Shown here: positions 38,735 through 53,727 of the stretch, piece by piece
Numbering within the stretch: position 1 is the first letter of the stretch
How the letters are laid out: the number at the start of each line of letters is the position of its first letter
From: Lophium mytilinum
Lineage: Eukaryota
Reading direction: 5' to 3'
Assembly (NCBI GenBank): GCA_010093605.1
Contig: MU004184.1
Location: 1,126,801 to 1,190,800 of the forward strand
Length of the DNA stretch: 64,000 bases
Made by a program: the position numbers and the translations under genes
Notes under the pieces: generated by a model
Seen by the model: the letters and a program-made list of their open reading frames with translations, nothing else
Databases searched by the model: none
What the model was told of the DNA's origin: nothing

Positions 38735-41700
38735 TCAATCGAAAGCGCTCTCCTCTTGAACCATGCTAGAATCATCCCTGAGTTTCTGCATTGAGCTCTT
38801 CCGTTGGTTGTTTAGACCCATGTTAACGAGCAGCATACCACTTTCTCTACGCCTCTGTTTGACGTCTCTGGAGTTGTCCACTTGGAGAGCGCCGTTGAGA
38901 CTGCCAAAGCCTTCGCCGTGCGCTTGTGGAGCATTGTACTGAGGCTGGCTATAGTGCGGTGCATCGTAGCTCGGCTGAAGAGGGATGAATCCCGTATCAT
39001 AACCCGCATGTTGTTGATGCTGACCTGGGTGCGGAAATGCACTAGGCTGCTGGAAAGATGTCTGGTTGTATGCCGGCGTGGGTAAGTCTTGGAACATTTG
39101 TCGACGGGGAGAGCGTATAGCGTCAGAGCTAGGAGCTGGAGCGTTGATGGTTATCTCATGAATGGGAGAGTTTGCCTCCTCGACAGGCGTGCCGAAGATG
39201 TCGACATAATCCGTCAAGAACATAGATATGAGCGGAGCAGGAATGTTTAGTGTTGGAGCGAACACAATGCCCACATTCCTGACAGTCATTTTGTTCAGAT
39301 CCGCGTTGTTGACAATGTCAATGAGGAAGGATGAAAGTGCCTGTATCAACTCGCAGTTGGCTCTGGGTAACTTGTGAACAAGTACGTTGAAAGCCGAGAT
39401 TTTCTTCTCTCTTTCGTCAAGATCTATGCGTAATTAGTAAATGGCATGCCATAGTGATATGTGGAGCTACTTACCAAGAACTTTCAGGAAATCAAGATGC
39501 AGTTCGCGAGTCAATATTGATGCTGGCAATTCTCGGAGGTAAAGCTTTAGTAGTGAGGCCACCGCGTGTACATCGTAATACTGTCCATCAAGCAGCCTGA
39601 TGTCGCCCTCGGTATTGAAGCGCTCGCGAAGAGCTTTGATGACAATGTTGGAGCCACTGAGCCTGAAAATACCTTCCTCCTTGTAGGCATTCTTGGCTTT
39701 CAGATACTCCAAGCAGCGATAGACTACAGCAGGAAGGAAGAGGTCTACACCAACAGGCTGGCTACATTCAACTGCCTCCGCAAGTGGAATGCCAAACACA
39801 TTACGAGCTGGGTGGTGAAGTTCCGGTTGCTGGATGGGCTGCCCGATTGAAGGTAGTTGACCAGGCGCGAGATCAGATGATGACCTTCCTCTGAATCCAA
39901 ATATGCTTCGCTTCTTATCTTTCACGTTGGCAGGAGCCAAAGGTTTGTTGCCCCAAAACTCTGCATTCTGGATAACAACACCATTGGTGGGTGCTGAAAT
40001 GGAGGGATGATTGTGCAAGTCTCCAGAGAATGCAGTGTGTTGGGGAGAATCCATCGTCCCGTCACGCTGGTTAGGTCCTCGAGGAACAGGTGCTTCGCCA
40101 GCAACAGTGTCGTCGTATTTCATTCCTTGAAGGGTATCTTGACTCCAACCGTCTGGACTCTCCTTGCCCTTGGGCCGACCAAGTTCTTGAATGCCTTTAG
40201 GGAAGCCAAGCCCACGAGCAGATCCTGGCTCTTTCTCGGTAGGAGATGTTGTTTGATTTGGATCCTGGGAATCAACGTGCTGAAGCAAGGCTTCTACCCA
40301 CATGTCTCGTTCCTCGTCGCTCTCGGCACACAGCACATGGCGAACTAAGCTGGAGGAATCCTTTCGTTTCGGTTCCAAAATGAGGAATGCATGTCGATAC
40401 TGGTTATCAGCATCATCGTCCCGTCGCGATGGAGACTGGTTTGACTGTTGCTGGGATTGCTTGCCAATCTGGGCATTCTGCAATTTGATGGTCCCAAGAT
40501 GTGCGCCGCCAGGAGCCTCGTAATACCGAAATTCAGGGCCTTCAAGAATGAAGTATCGAGCTTTCCATCCACCGAAATTTTTGCCGCGTTTGGTCAAGTA
40601 GCCTTCCTTGCGTGCCTTGCCTTTTGACAGCGATGTGTGTGAGGGGGGAGCAGTCGCGGAATCTGGCGAAGTTCGAGGCTCGTCAGTGTCGGCTCCAATA
40701 ACGTCGCTTGAGAAGAAGCCGCACACCAAGAGTGCGGCTCGTTCATTCATCGGCGTGTCTAGCATGACCTCGAAGTAACTGTTGAGGCTTGTTCTTCGTG
40801 CGTCAATTTTGGCTGGGGCATGTCCACTAAAAAGACTACGATCGGGTAGTTTGCCATGGAAGTCGCAAAGAGCCCTCAATTGCTGGTCAAGATTCGGGAG
40901 CGCAACTATGGTCTTCTCTACCCGCCATAGTTGCTGTCCGTTCGAACGGGCGTAAATCGCTAGAATATAGACAGGGTCTTCCTCCTGAGGTTTCGGCATC
41001 ATGATACTCAATCGCGATGGCCTCATCCGAGATGAGTAGACTTTTACATCGATGGACGGCAACGCATTAGGAGGAAGGAGTAGACCTGGATACTGGTCTG
41101 ACACTAGTCCTCGGTAGATTTGCTCCGCTGGACTAGATGTATCCGAGTCTGGACTGTGCTGGGCTGCTGACGGGGGCATCAGGCGATTCAACGAAGGAAC
41201 TTGTTGGTTCACTTGTTGAGCGTGAGCCTCTGCTCTCGCCAAATGGGGTGAAGTGAAAGAAATGGGTGTATTAGGCGGTAGAGGAATTGGCTGCCGTGGT
41301 GCTCGTGGAGACAGGGGCATACCATTCAATCCGGGTCGTGGAGACATTGGAGGCGACGCCATTGACTGCTTGAGGCCTCTTGGCAAAGGTGAGCCTATCG
41401 GTCTGTCGCCCGGCCTTGGGCTGACGGGGAGTCCAGGGCTCATGAGGGGAGGGGACACGATGCTTCGTTGTGTGATCATAGAGCCCTCCGAGTTTGCAGG
41501 GCTCAACATGGCGTTCAAGGAATTAGAAGCTGGTGGGAGGCGAGGGGAAGCAGGTAGGCCGTAGTTTTGGGCTGGGCTAATGGGGCGATATGCCGGGGCT
41601 TCTGAGATTGGAATTGGCTTCTCCGCAACGGGTTTCTTCTCCTCGACTGTTGGCAGTTCTGATGGTGGCTTGCTTTTGCTTTTGCTCTTTTTCTTCTTTG

Positions 41701-43327
41701 ACCTGCTGCGCGCCTCCTGATCTTTGCTTACAAGAGCTTCCCGGAGACGGTCGTCCTCCTCACGAGTCTTTCGACGCCCACGATCCACGATTGGAATCTC
41801 ATCAACCTCTAAAACATCGTCGTAGTCAGAGTCGTCGTCCCCACCCACAGAAGCTTGATGCAGATGCGAGCTGGGCTTGTTGGGCATCGAAAGATCCAGG
41901 GGGGCCGGAGGTGCCTTTCTCAAGGGCTGTGAAGGTTTGTCCGTAGGGGTCTGGAATCCTCCTCCGCCAATGACTGGGGTTGCTTGGGTCAGCGAAAGCG
42001 ATGGCATCTTCGTGTGATGGCCCTGTGTCACCGGCACAGCAGCTTGCTGATTAACAGACACATGGTTGTCATGAGACTGCTCGAAAGGCTGCGCTCTACT
42101 AGCACCATTTGCAAGCGCATCCAATCCTAGACCCTGGTGGTAGACTTGTAAGGGTTTGACAGCGTAATCCGTCGGAGAAGTGGCAGGCGAAGAACCGTGA
42201 TTAGATGCAGACTCGGTCGGCTGGATTGGAGAGTGCATCAGGTCTGCGTCCTCGTAGGCGTGAGACCTGTCAGCCCTTTGGCCGTGCGGGGAAATTGTAT
42301 GCTCGATGCTATCAATTACGGTCTTGCTGTCCTGTCTCTCGCTTAAGGCTGGAGATTGACTGTCCTCGCGTTCCACAGCAGGGTTAGACTTTTGGGTAGC
42401 GTTGGGTAATGGTGGTACCATAGCCAGGTGCTCTTTTAGCTTCTTTCGGTAACGTTCCTTCTCCTTCAGCGACTTTTCGAGGTCCTTGTTCAAGCCCAGT
42501 ATCATTGCTCTTTGCTTCTCTACCAGTCTCCATAGCTGGGCGTTGTGAGAAGAGGCACTTTGCTTTTGGTTCCATAGCGCCAGGAGAGCGGCTTCCGGGG
42601 ACCCCGCCGTGGCAATAAGGCTAGCCATGTCTGGGGGGTTTGTAGAGGAGGCATCTTGTGATGACTTGTACGAGTGTGATGCGGTGGACTTGTGTGACTG
42701 GGAGGTATTTGAAGATATTGACGAGACCTGCGAATCTATGGAAGTATTGCGGGCAACGGTAGGGCGTGGGTCCGCTCGGTTCGGGCGCGATGGGGGGAGC
42801 ATGGCGATGGGCGAGGACGGAGGGGAGAAGCCGTTGGAGGAGGAAAGGACAGGCGCAGACACGTTTCGAAACTGGGCATACGACGACGCTTTCGGGGTGT
42901 GGGCTCCGCTTCGGTCACTGGGGCTCGGCGGGAATGGTGAGACCTGGTTGGAGTTGTAGGAGCCGTGGCTGGCGGGCTCTTCACTGGCGAGCAGAGCCTC
43001 CAGCTTCTCGCGCGGCGAGCGTGGCGAGTCTTGATAGGAGGCCTGGTATGGCGAGCGCGGCGAATGAGGGTTTCCGTGGTCTATGGTCGAAGTGTGCGTC
43101 GTCTGCTGCAGAGGGCTGGGGATTGGCTTGCGCCGGCTGCTCTGCTGCGATGGGCGGGAGGGGAGGATATTCGGGCGGTTTGTGGTAGACTCGCGCAGGG
43201 CGCGGATGCTGTCGGCCAGAGAGGTGGTGGAGGTTGGCTTTGAGGTCGCAGTCGACGCAGACTGTTGGAGTGAGGATGCTGCGCTGTCGTCCCCGGACGC
43301 GGACGGAGCATTGCGACCCTGGAGCAT
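38735..43327 (-). CDS. BEM3: Cdc42 RhoGAP with PX, PH and RhoGAP domains (Bem3-like)
   Basis: PH motif KEGYLTKRGKNFGGWKARYF; RhoGAP EEGIFRLSG, DVHAVASLLKLYLRELP, NKMTVRNVGIVFAPTL; intron near 39425-39473. Start codon uncertain. Confidence 0.85.
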
Positions 43328-46300
43328 GGCCTGGTCCTGATGCTGGCTCAAACCAGCTTAAGCGGGCGGCGGGCTGTCCAGATTGGACCCCTCTGTAACT
43401 CCAGACAGGCGTGGGGAGGAGTGGTGTTTCGGGCTGCGAGGGGAGTACCTAGGTAGGTAGACGCCGGCACAGCAGCCGTCGACGGACGCCAGGATTTCTA
43501 ACGAGCCTGGAGTCAGCTTCGGTGGGAATCACAGGTCAGATTCGGAGGTGTCGTCGTGACATGGGGCGCGCCATTGACGGGTGCGAGCGGCTGGAGCAGT
43601 GGGAGGGCTGTGGGTAGTCGCAGCTTTATTGCAGGGTTCAGATATGAGGATGGCCGTCCCACGGCGGCCACCAGAAGAAAGACATGCAGGAACACCATCA
43701 CCCGTCCACGCCATGCCCAGCGCAGTGCAGGCCTGGCCTCGTGTGCCAGCCCTCAGAACCACGGCCGCCTGCCTTTGTTCGCTTGGTCCAGCCGCCGCCG
43801 AAAGCGCCGCGCTGAAACGACCCAGAAGGCTCCTCCACAGCACCACCACCGCCACCGACCTGACGAGAGCGCTGCACACGCTGTGCTCCTCAGACCCGTT
43901 GCTCGAGGCGCCAAACTGCGGCCGCGACAAGCAATTGGCTGTCCCCCGCGAGCCCGTCGATGGGGACATGGCCCTCGAGAATGACAGACGACGTTGCCGC
44001 CACCCACAGCTCCACACCCGTCGCAGTCTCGAGGCTCCCATGCTCACCACCATCCATGGCTGCTGGCACGAGCGGCGCTGTGATTGGCTGGATGCGGCGT
44101 CGAGGTGTGATGCTCCCGCGGGCGTGCAGCGCTTCGAGCGGTGAAAAAAGGAGTCGGTGCTGAAAGTCCTTGCGAGCTGTTCGCCGCTGCGGTGCCTTGC
44201 GCCATGATTGGCCGCTGGCTATCGTCATCTCTCAACAGGCGCTGCGAAGCTTTGGGCCTCCGAGATTGAGACCCGGAGCCGTTCCCTTTGGGCGCAGCGT
44301 GCAGCGTGCAGCTTGCAGCTTTCGTGGATTCATACCCGCAGCTTCATCCACGAGACCCGTCAATTCGATCCTCTTGCGCGCGCCTGTCCCCAGTTTGACG
44401 AGAACTGTGCTCGTCCTCGCAGCCACAGGTGCCACGACGGCTGGCGTTTGGGGTTGGGCGCGTGCTACCACCTCCAGCCGAAACGCTGTCACAGCAGAGT
44501 GAATTGGACCTATGGGGCGCTGCACTCCAGAAACCCTCGACTCTCAGACAGCTAGCCGAGTCGTACGATTCTGCCACCCTGATCATCTCTTAGTGATAAA
44601 GCTGGCCGTCGCGCTGCTCCAATATGTTTCCTTTTGAAACGCTCTTGCTGCGGGTCCTCTTCCTAGCACACCTCGAAGCCCTCCGCACCATGGACGCATC
44701 GCCTCTGTGTGCGACACTCCATCTCCGCCAGGATCTATCCGAAGCTTTGATCCAGCTGCAGGCCCCCGCTTGGGCCTCCACCATTTCATTTAGCCGTGGC
44801 TCTCTCTGTCGCTGGCCGTGCAAGGTGCACGCCCCGGGCCCTGCTCGTGCCGGGAGCCGCTAATTGCGCACGCCAAACTACTGCAGGTCCAGATCTGGTG
44901 AGTCGGTGCGTCGATAGCAGTCCGGGGAACGTCCTGCCTTTCCTTGCGCCATCACTGCAACGGCAATATCGCGCCCGCCACGGAATGAACTCCCAATTCG
45001 CACTCGAGTCTTACCCAGCGTGCTCCTCGTGGGGCCCATTACGCAGTTTCACTTCCACCTCGCTCAGTGTAACCACGTAGGCTGCTGTAACGTTACGCTC
45101 ACTCAAGGTAGCCTCAGCCTTACCCGGACCCCATTCGCAGACTGGCTGCTTCTATTCGGCACCATTTTACATTGCCCGGAATCGTCCCGCGATGATCAGA
45201 TACGCATGCCCTACGATCCTCGATCAGATCGCCAAAGGGGCGAGAAGCAATACTGCGCCTCGTCATTGTCAATATGCGCAGCGCCACATCGCAGTGCGAC
45301 GCTTAGTGCGTCCGATATGCTGATCTGATTTCGCTTGATTGCTTCGCAGAGATAACAAGGTGTTAAGTTGGATTTTGACTATTTTTTGTAGCACTCATCG
45401 AGTCTATACTCCTAATGGTATTCACCTGGCGGCTAGGTCTATTTGGACATGTTCTGCCACTTATGGTGCTCTCTCTGCTTACCAGACTGCGACCTAACTA
45501 TTTCGGGTTTCACTAACCACCCAACCGCCTTGATCCTCGCCTTGTCGCCTAAAAGTCAACTACCAGAAGGCCTCACAATACAAACACCACCCGTTGAACT
45601 AGGTTCTAAACACACTCTACGCCCCGTATTTCAGTAACCCCCCGAGCATTATTGCCAAGCTAAGCCGGCTAAACCACTCGAACTCTGAGCACGCCACGAC
45701 CGTGCCCCGGGAGCCCGGCGATCCGATAGACGAGGGCCTCACTAACCCATCCATCGAACGCCCCAAGATTTCGAACTATCCTAGCTTTTATTGAGCCCCC
45801 ACACGTGGGAGACGCACTAGCGCACTTGTCCGGCGGTATTCAGCTGCTTCGATGCGTGATCGAGGCTTGTCGATCGCGTTCGCCCGGCTGTGTCTTACGC
45901 ACACGTCAGCGCGAGGGGGCTTTAGGGAAATGGATGGGATAGAGTGGTTGGCGGTAAGAACTTGGAACAGTGTGTTTCTGACGGATCGTCGGGGAGGGTC
46001 GGACGGGGCACTGCCACTTTTTTGGTGTCTTTAGTGAACTGTAACTGTATTTGGATAATGCAGCGATTTGAGTGTTTGGCTTTCGAACGTTGCTGCCCTA
46101 TAGCATTTGTAGTCATGCAGGTCCCTTTCGAATATCGATGTTCTACAACTCGAGAGTAACTATCCGAGACCGATTCGAAACATTAAGCTACACACAATAC
46201 GTGTTAAAGAGGAAACACAGTCATATTCCTAGCTTATCCTATTTTGAACTTGAACAACAGTCTAGAAACACGACATAGCTCTTATCATATTTGCGACTCT

Positions 46301-46611
46301 GACCTCCCATGTCCTCCAGCCATCGCCATGTCAACTTGAAATTTAATACAACCATACGCCCATTATATGCCAACCGCCCCAACTTTCCCCCGAAATAAGC
46401 GTAAGCATCACGGTTCGTAACTTTAAAAGACGTCTTACATAATAACCAGGCATCAGGCGACAGGTTCTGCTGTTAGAACTCTATTTTGGGTGGGGTCCGA
46501 AAGGCACGTGATTGTGGTTGGGAAGTTCGGGTGTCTGCGGTAGATTTAGTGGCCTGTGGGGGAGCGTATGCTTGGTGTATATGCGTATATGCGAAGTAAG
46601 GGAGAAGGAAT

Positions 46612-46668
46612 ATGGAGTAATGGGAGTAATGGGAGTAATGGGAGTAATGGGAGTAATGGGAGTAATGG
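46612..46668. repeat. 9-bp tandem repeat (ATGGGAGTA)n
   Basis: About 6 tandem units. Confidence 0.9.
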
Positions 46669-47033
46669 CGAGATTCGGCGTATTTGAACGTGACTGGTGA
46701 ACCTAGGATGCCCCGCGTCTCGCTCACCGAAGTCTATGCTCATAAACCTGTTGGAGAAATTCCAAAACCAAGCTGGCAAAGTGAGAAGTTACGCGTGGTG
46801 GATCTACTGAAGCCCTCAGGAAATAGAAGAGCTGGAGACCTCGAGGGTACACATTGGCTCACAATCGTTATTTCTTAGCATATAGAGTCGTTCGGCTAAG
46901 TTGTAGTAATAAAACACATTACCCTTCGACCATACAAAAATTGCATGATTTGGTATATGCTTCATGTTCGTATACGATCCACAGACTCCATTCCCATGTC
47001 CTTCGTACAGTTCATTTCACAGCAAATCGGCCC

Positions 47034-47544
47034 CTACAATGTGTACCTAGGTACGTGATTCAGCCTCCGTGCCGTATTGATCTAGACACAAGTCAGCCAT
47101 GCTCCTTCGACTTCCACAATCATACTTACCTGGGTCCTTGTCCTCTGTCCGCGTACTGGTAGTCCCATAGCATGCCTCCTCCCTCTGTACGTGCCCATGT
47201 CCCTCAACCGCCCTATGTCGTCTCGTATTTGCCGCTTCAGATCGTTCTCGAGCTTCATCTCAGCGAGGTCGGCATTGAGTTGGAGGATCTTTGGATTGGG
47301 GAGCTCGCCGACTCGGATTGTAGGGTGCAGGTAGTGGCGCGCCATGAGGCGTTTGCAGATTTGGGGACCAATGCCAAAGAAAGTCTGCAAGGAATGCTGC
47401 AGCGGATGTATGTCAATGGATGCACAGCGTGTGTGTATGGGGCGCGTACTCTGAGGAGGTCTGGGTCCGCAAAGGGCTTTCCGAAGATGAAAACCTGGCC
47501 TGTGTTAGTCAAAGGAGTCTCATACGACAGAATTGGCCTACCAT
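47034..47544 (-). CDS. SWS2: Mitochondrial ribosomal protein uS13
   Basis: FFGIG...[34 protein letters not shown]; first exon is ATG only. Confidence 0.92.
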
Positions 47545-47750
47545 CTTGAATAGTGAATAATGCTAATTGGCGTATAGCGATGCGTTTCGCTCTCCTGCAA
47601 CTCGTTGCTGTTGGCTGCTGGAAGAAAGCTTGAAGTCACGTTCCGGAGAAATGGTATCGCCTTGCGCCGAGAGCCACCTCTCCCGTTTCATGGCCGCCGT
47701 AGTGCATACAGGAACCCCACCACGGCCCATTGCTTTACATTCAAGACACC

Positions 47751-48642
47751 ATGGCTTCTATACAGAGACTCATTATCTCAGTGCTGCTAATCCTCACCGT
47801 CACTTTCGTCTTCTTCGCGCAGGCGTCTGAAGGAGCGAAGGGGCCAAAGATCACCCACAAGGTACGTGGTAGACGTCACGAATGAGTGTATTGGAAGCTT
47901 ATATGTGTGCTACTACAGGTGTATTTCGACATTGAGCACGATGACAAGCCCCTTGGACGTATCGTGATTGGTCTTTATGGCAAGACCGTACCGAAGGTAA
48001 GCCATCCTGCGTGCCATTCTAGACAGCTGCTAACAAACATCGCAGACAGCGGAGAACTTCCGGTATGCATAGATCACTCGCCATCTGATATAATCCACAA
48101 CTCACATTGAAGTAGCGCTTTGGCTACCGGAGAGAAGGGCTTTGGATATGAGGGTTCTGCATTCCACCGAGTGATCAAGAGCTTCATGATCCAGGGTGGC
48201 GACTTCACCAACGGCGATGGTAAGAGAAATGAGCCTTAAATTGCTTGTCCATGCTGACCTTTGTGCCAGGCACTGGCGGGAAGTCCATCTACGGCAACAA
48301 GTTCCCGGATGAGAACTTCAAGTTGAAGCACAGCAAAAAGGGTCTCCTCAGTAAGCGCCCAGCAAACTAAATGCACCCAAAAGTCCGCGACTAACACGAC
48401 AAATAGGCATGGCCAACTCGGGCAAGGACACCAACGGCAGCCAGTTCTTCATCACCACTGTTGTCACCTCCTGGCTCGACGGGCGACATGTCGTCTTCGG
48501 CGAGGTGCTCGAGGGCTACGAGATCGTGGACCAGATCGAGAACATCCCCAAGGGCGCGGGAGACAAGCCATCCAAGCCCGTGAAGATTGCCAAGAGCGGC
48601 GAGCTCGAGGTGCCAGAAGAAGGTATCCACGTGGAACTCTAA
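47751..48642 (+). CDS. cypB: Cyclophilin B (ER peptidyl-prolyl isomerase)
   Basis: Signal peptide; [42 protein letters not shown]-terminal HVEL. Probable alternative last exon to 48949. Confidence 0.95.
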
Positions 48643-49649
48643 GCCAGCCGGGCCACCGTCTGTCTGCTCTGACAACGCTGATAATTGACCTTCTAAAGAA
48701 GACTTGTTTGGATCAGCAGACGCTGCTGTCCCCGGAGACGACCTGGATGTCACTGTATCGCGACAGCCGTCGCCGGAAAAGGTCGCAGAAACGGGTGGAA
48801 AGGAGTCGCTTGTCTTGGTGTCCGCCGAGGGTCTGTCGATGTTCCATAAGCTATTTTTCATCGGCGCGGTCGTTGGTGTTGTGGGGATCTTCTTGAAAAC
48901 ACGCAAGACCCAGTCGTCGTATGGAGTAAAAGAGAAGAGTATGGCGTAGATAGAGTGTGCATGATGTCGCTGTATGCTTGTTTGTGTTTGCCTGGGCCCT
49001 TCCAATCCATTTTACGAATCGAGAATGAGTACTGAATTGATCCTGTGACGTTCACCAAACATCCTACGAAATCATAGAAAGTCAACAGACAGTAGCAGAT
49101 CATATCAGAACGGTCTCATGAGTTAAATTACAAATTACAAAAAGGTTTGGACAGGGTCGGATACGTGTAGTACTGAAGCGACATATCTTCTCGATGTAAG
49201 CCGGGTGCCAGGTGCGCACGGACGCCGCTTCACTAGCGCGCCCAGTCTTTTTCGGTTTTGCCGCTGAAAATCACGGTCAAAGCCTTTGCCCTTTCCAACC
49301 CTCCTCAACACCACACAACCCCCTCTCTAGTGCATCAACAACTCTTCGTGCACTGCTTTCGTGAAGTCCTTTGTTCTTGCTTGGCTTCACTCTCCTTTCC
49401 TTCTACCGTCACTGGGAAATAGAGGCCCTCCGCCCTCACTTTTCCTGTCACGAACCGGTTCAGGCGCGTTTCCGTCTGCCAGCAACAAGTCGCAATCTTT
49501 GCTTCTGCATCTGCTTGCTTGAATTCCGCCCGCCGGTAAGACGAAGCTCCTGGTCTGCCTGCGTCGCGACCTTTCTAACTCTACTCTCAGGCACCCGACC
49601 GCTCCCTCAACAAAATCTTAGCAATCTTCTCCACCGACTATCCTTCAAC

Positions 49650-52303
<2,654 letters not shown>

Positions 52304-53279
52304 ATCCCTCTACCTCGATACCGAACCCGGTGCCCAGGTTACATCAGTCTCTCTTGGACAGCCTGGGGCCACAAAGCCGTCCTCGACATGGCTCGACACG
52401 GCTCGATTCTCTTTTTATTTCTGTTTTCACGGGTTGATTCTGCTTCACCAGGATTGCAAATCGACACGGAAGTCCGGAACTTGCTCTCATACCCCGATCA
52501 GCATATAGATAGCGTTGAGATTCTTTGCGGACCTGCCTCCTTTATTGAGCTCCATTGCATCAGGATCACGGCGCACAAACGTCGGCTCACATCGAGCTCG
52601 ATCTCATAGAAGGCAGTAGGCATGAGGCCTTATCTCGAGGAAATGCCGTCACGAATATCTTATGCCTTTCCGCTTTCACACCTTGCTGCTTGGGGGGCTA
52701 CCAATCCAGATAGATCTCGTTTCTCCGGCTTTCGAGTGCCGATGGGTCATCTTCTTTTCTTTCCTCTTTTTTCTTTACAGTTTCACAAAAGCGAGCTATC
52801 CCTTTGGTCATTACGTCTCGGACGAACATGCGCTTTTTCGTCGTCATTTGGAAGGATATACCAGCAAGAGTGGGCCTTTTTTTGGACGACGAGGGGGCGG
52901 TGGTCTCTATCGCACATGCATGGCGTTCACAGTGGGTGTTAGGCCTTCTGGCGCCCCTAGTACAGGATCGGCGATGGAAAAAGTCTGCGGTTTACGGCTT
53001 TTCTTTCATGGGAATTGGGGAAATGGAGGGCCCCAACTCGTGGCGGAAGGCTTTGGGCCACTATCTACGCGCTCCGGGCAGCGATAATGACTTTGGGTGA
53101 TAGATCATCAAATCAAAAAAGTGTCTTCGGTCTTAATGGAGGGCGACTTAATAGACTATTCCTATGGAGCGACTTGGACTCTACTCTGCATTTGAAGTGA
53201 TGTGCTTGAGTAGGACCCTTTTCAAGAGGCGATGTCTCAGTCAAAAGCTAACATTCCTCCACTTCTGACTCTATCGCGA

Positions 53280-53469
53280 CACGCTGGGCACAAAAAGGTA
53301 GCACACTCAGCAAGCGTCCTGTCTCGTGCGGTCGGGTATGCACCTGTCTGTCACTGCTTGAAGTGCTTCAACAAGTTTCAACACAGTCGAATGCTGAGAC
53401 TTTCCATCTTGTTGAGTATACACCAGACAGAATGCTCGGTAAGTGTGCCCTTTCATCATGCTCGGTGTG
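53280..53469. mobile_element. Transib-like MITE, 190 bp, TSD CGCGA
   Basis: Left TIR CACGCTGGGCACAAAAAGGTAGCACAC; degenerate right TIR ending GTGTG; CGCGA at 53275-53279 and 53470-53474. Confidence 0.85.
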
Positions 53470-53727
53470 CGCGAGGGCGTAACATCTGTCTGATCACGTG
53501 AGAACGATCACATGCAGCCGGATTAAAGTGCACCCTGGCCCGACGGCCAGGTTCGCGCCTTCACCAGTTCTTGGATTAATAAAGTTCGCGGGAGCGCTAT
53601 CGCTCCAGCTACATATTCGAGAGTCAAGTCCACTGCTGATCATCCACGTCTACGGCATCACTGCACCAACCCCCTGTAATTTCGAAACATTTCCTTGCGC
53701 GCTGCATTGGCGCGACCTGAGCTCGAC

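Noticed and set aside
43360..47000. Telomerase RNA, RNase P/MRP or SRP RNA in the long intergenic region
   Set aside because: No TAACCCTAA-type template or convincing conserved boxes found by eye; the ORFs here look spurious.
47122..47133. ATACTTACCTGG resembling the U1 snRNA 5' end
   Set aside because: It is the reverse complement of a consensus 5' splice site (CAG|GTAAGTAT) of the minus-strand S13 gene.
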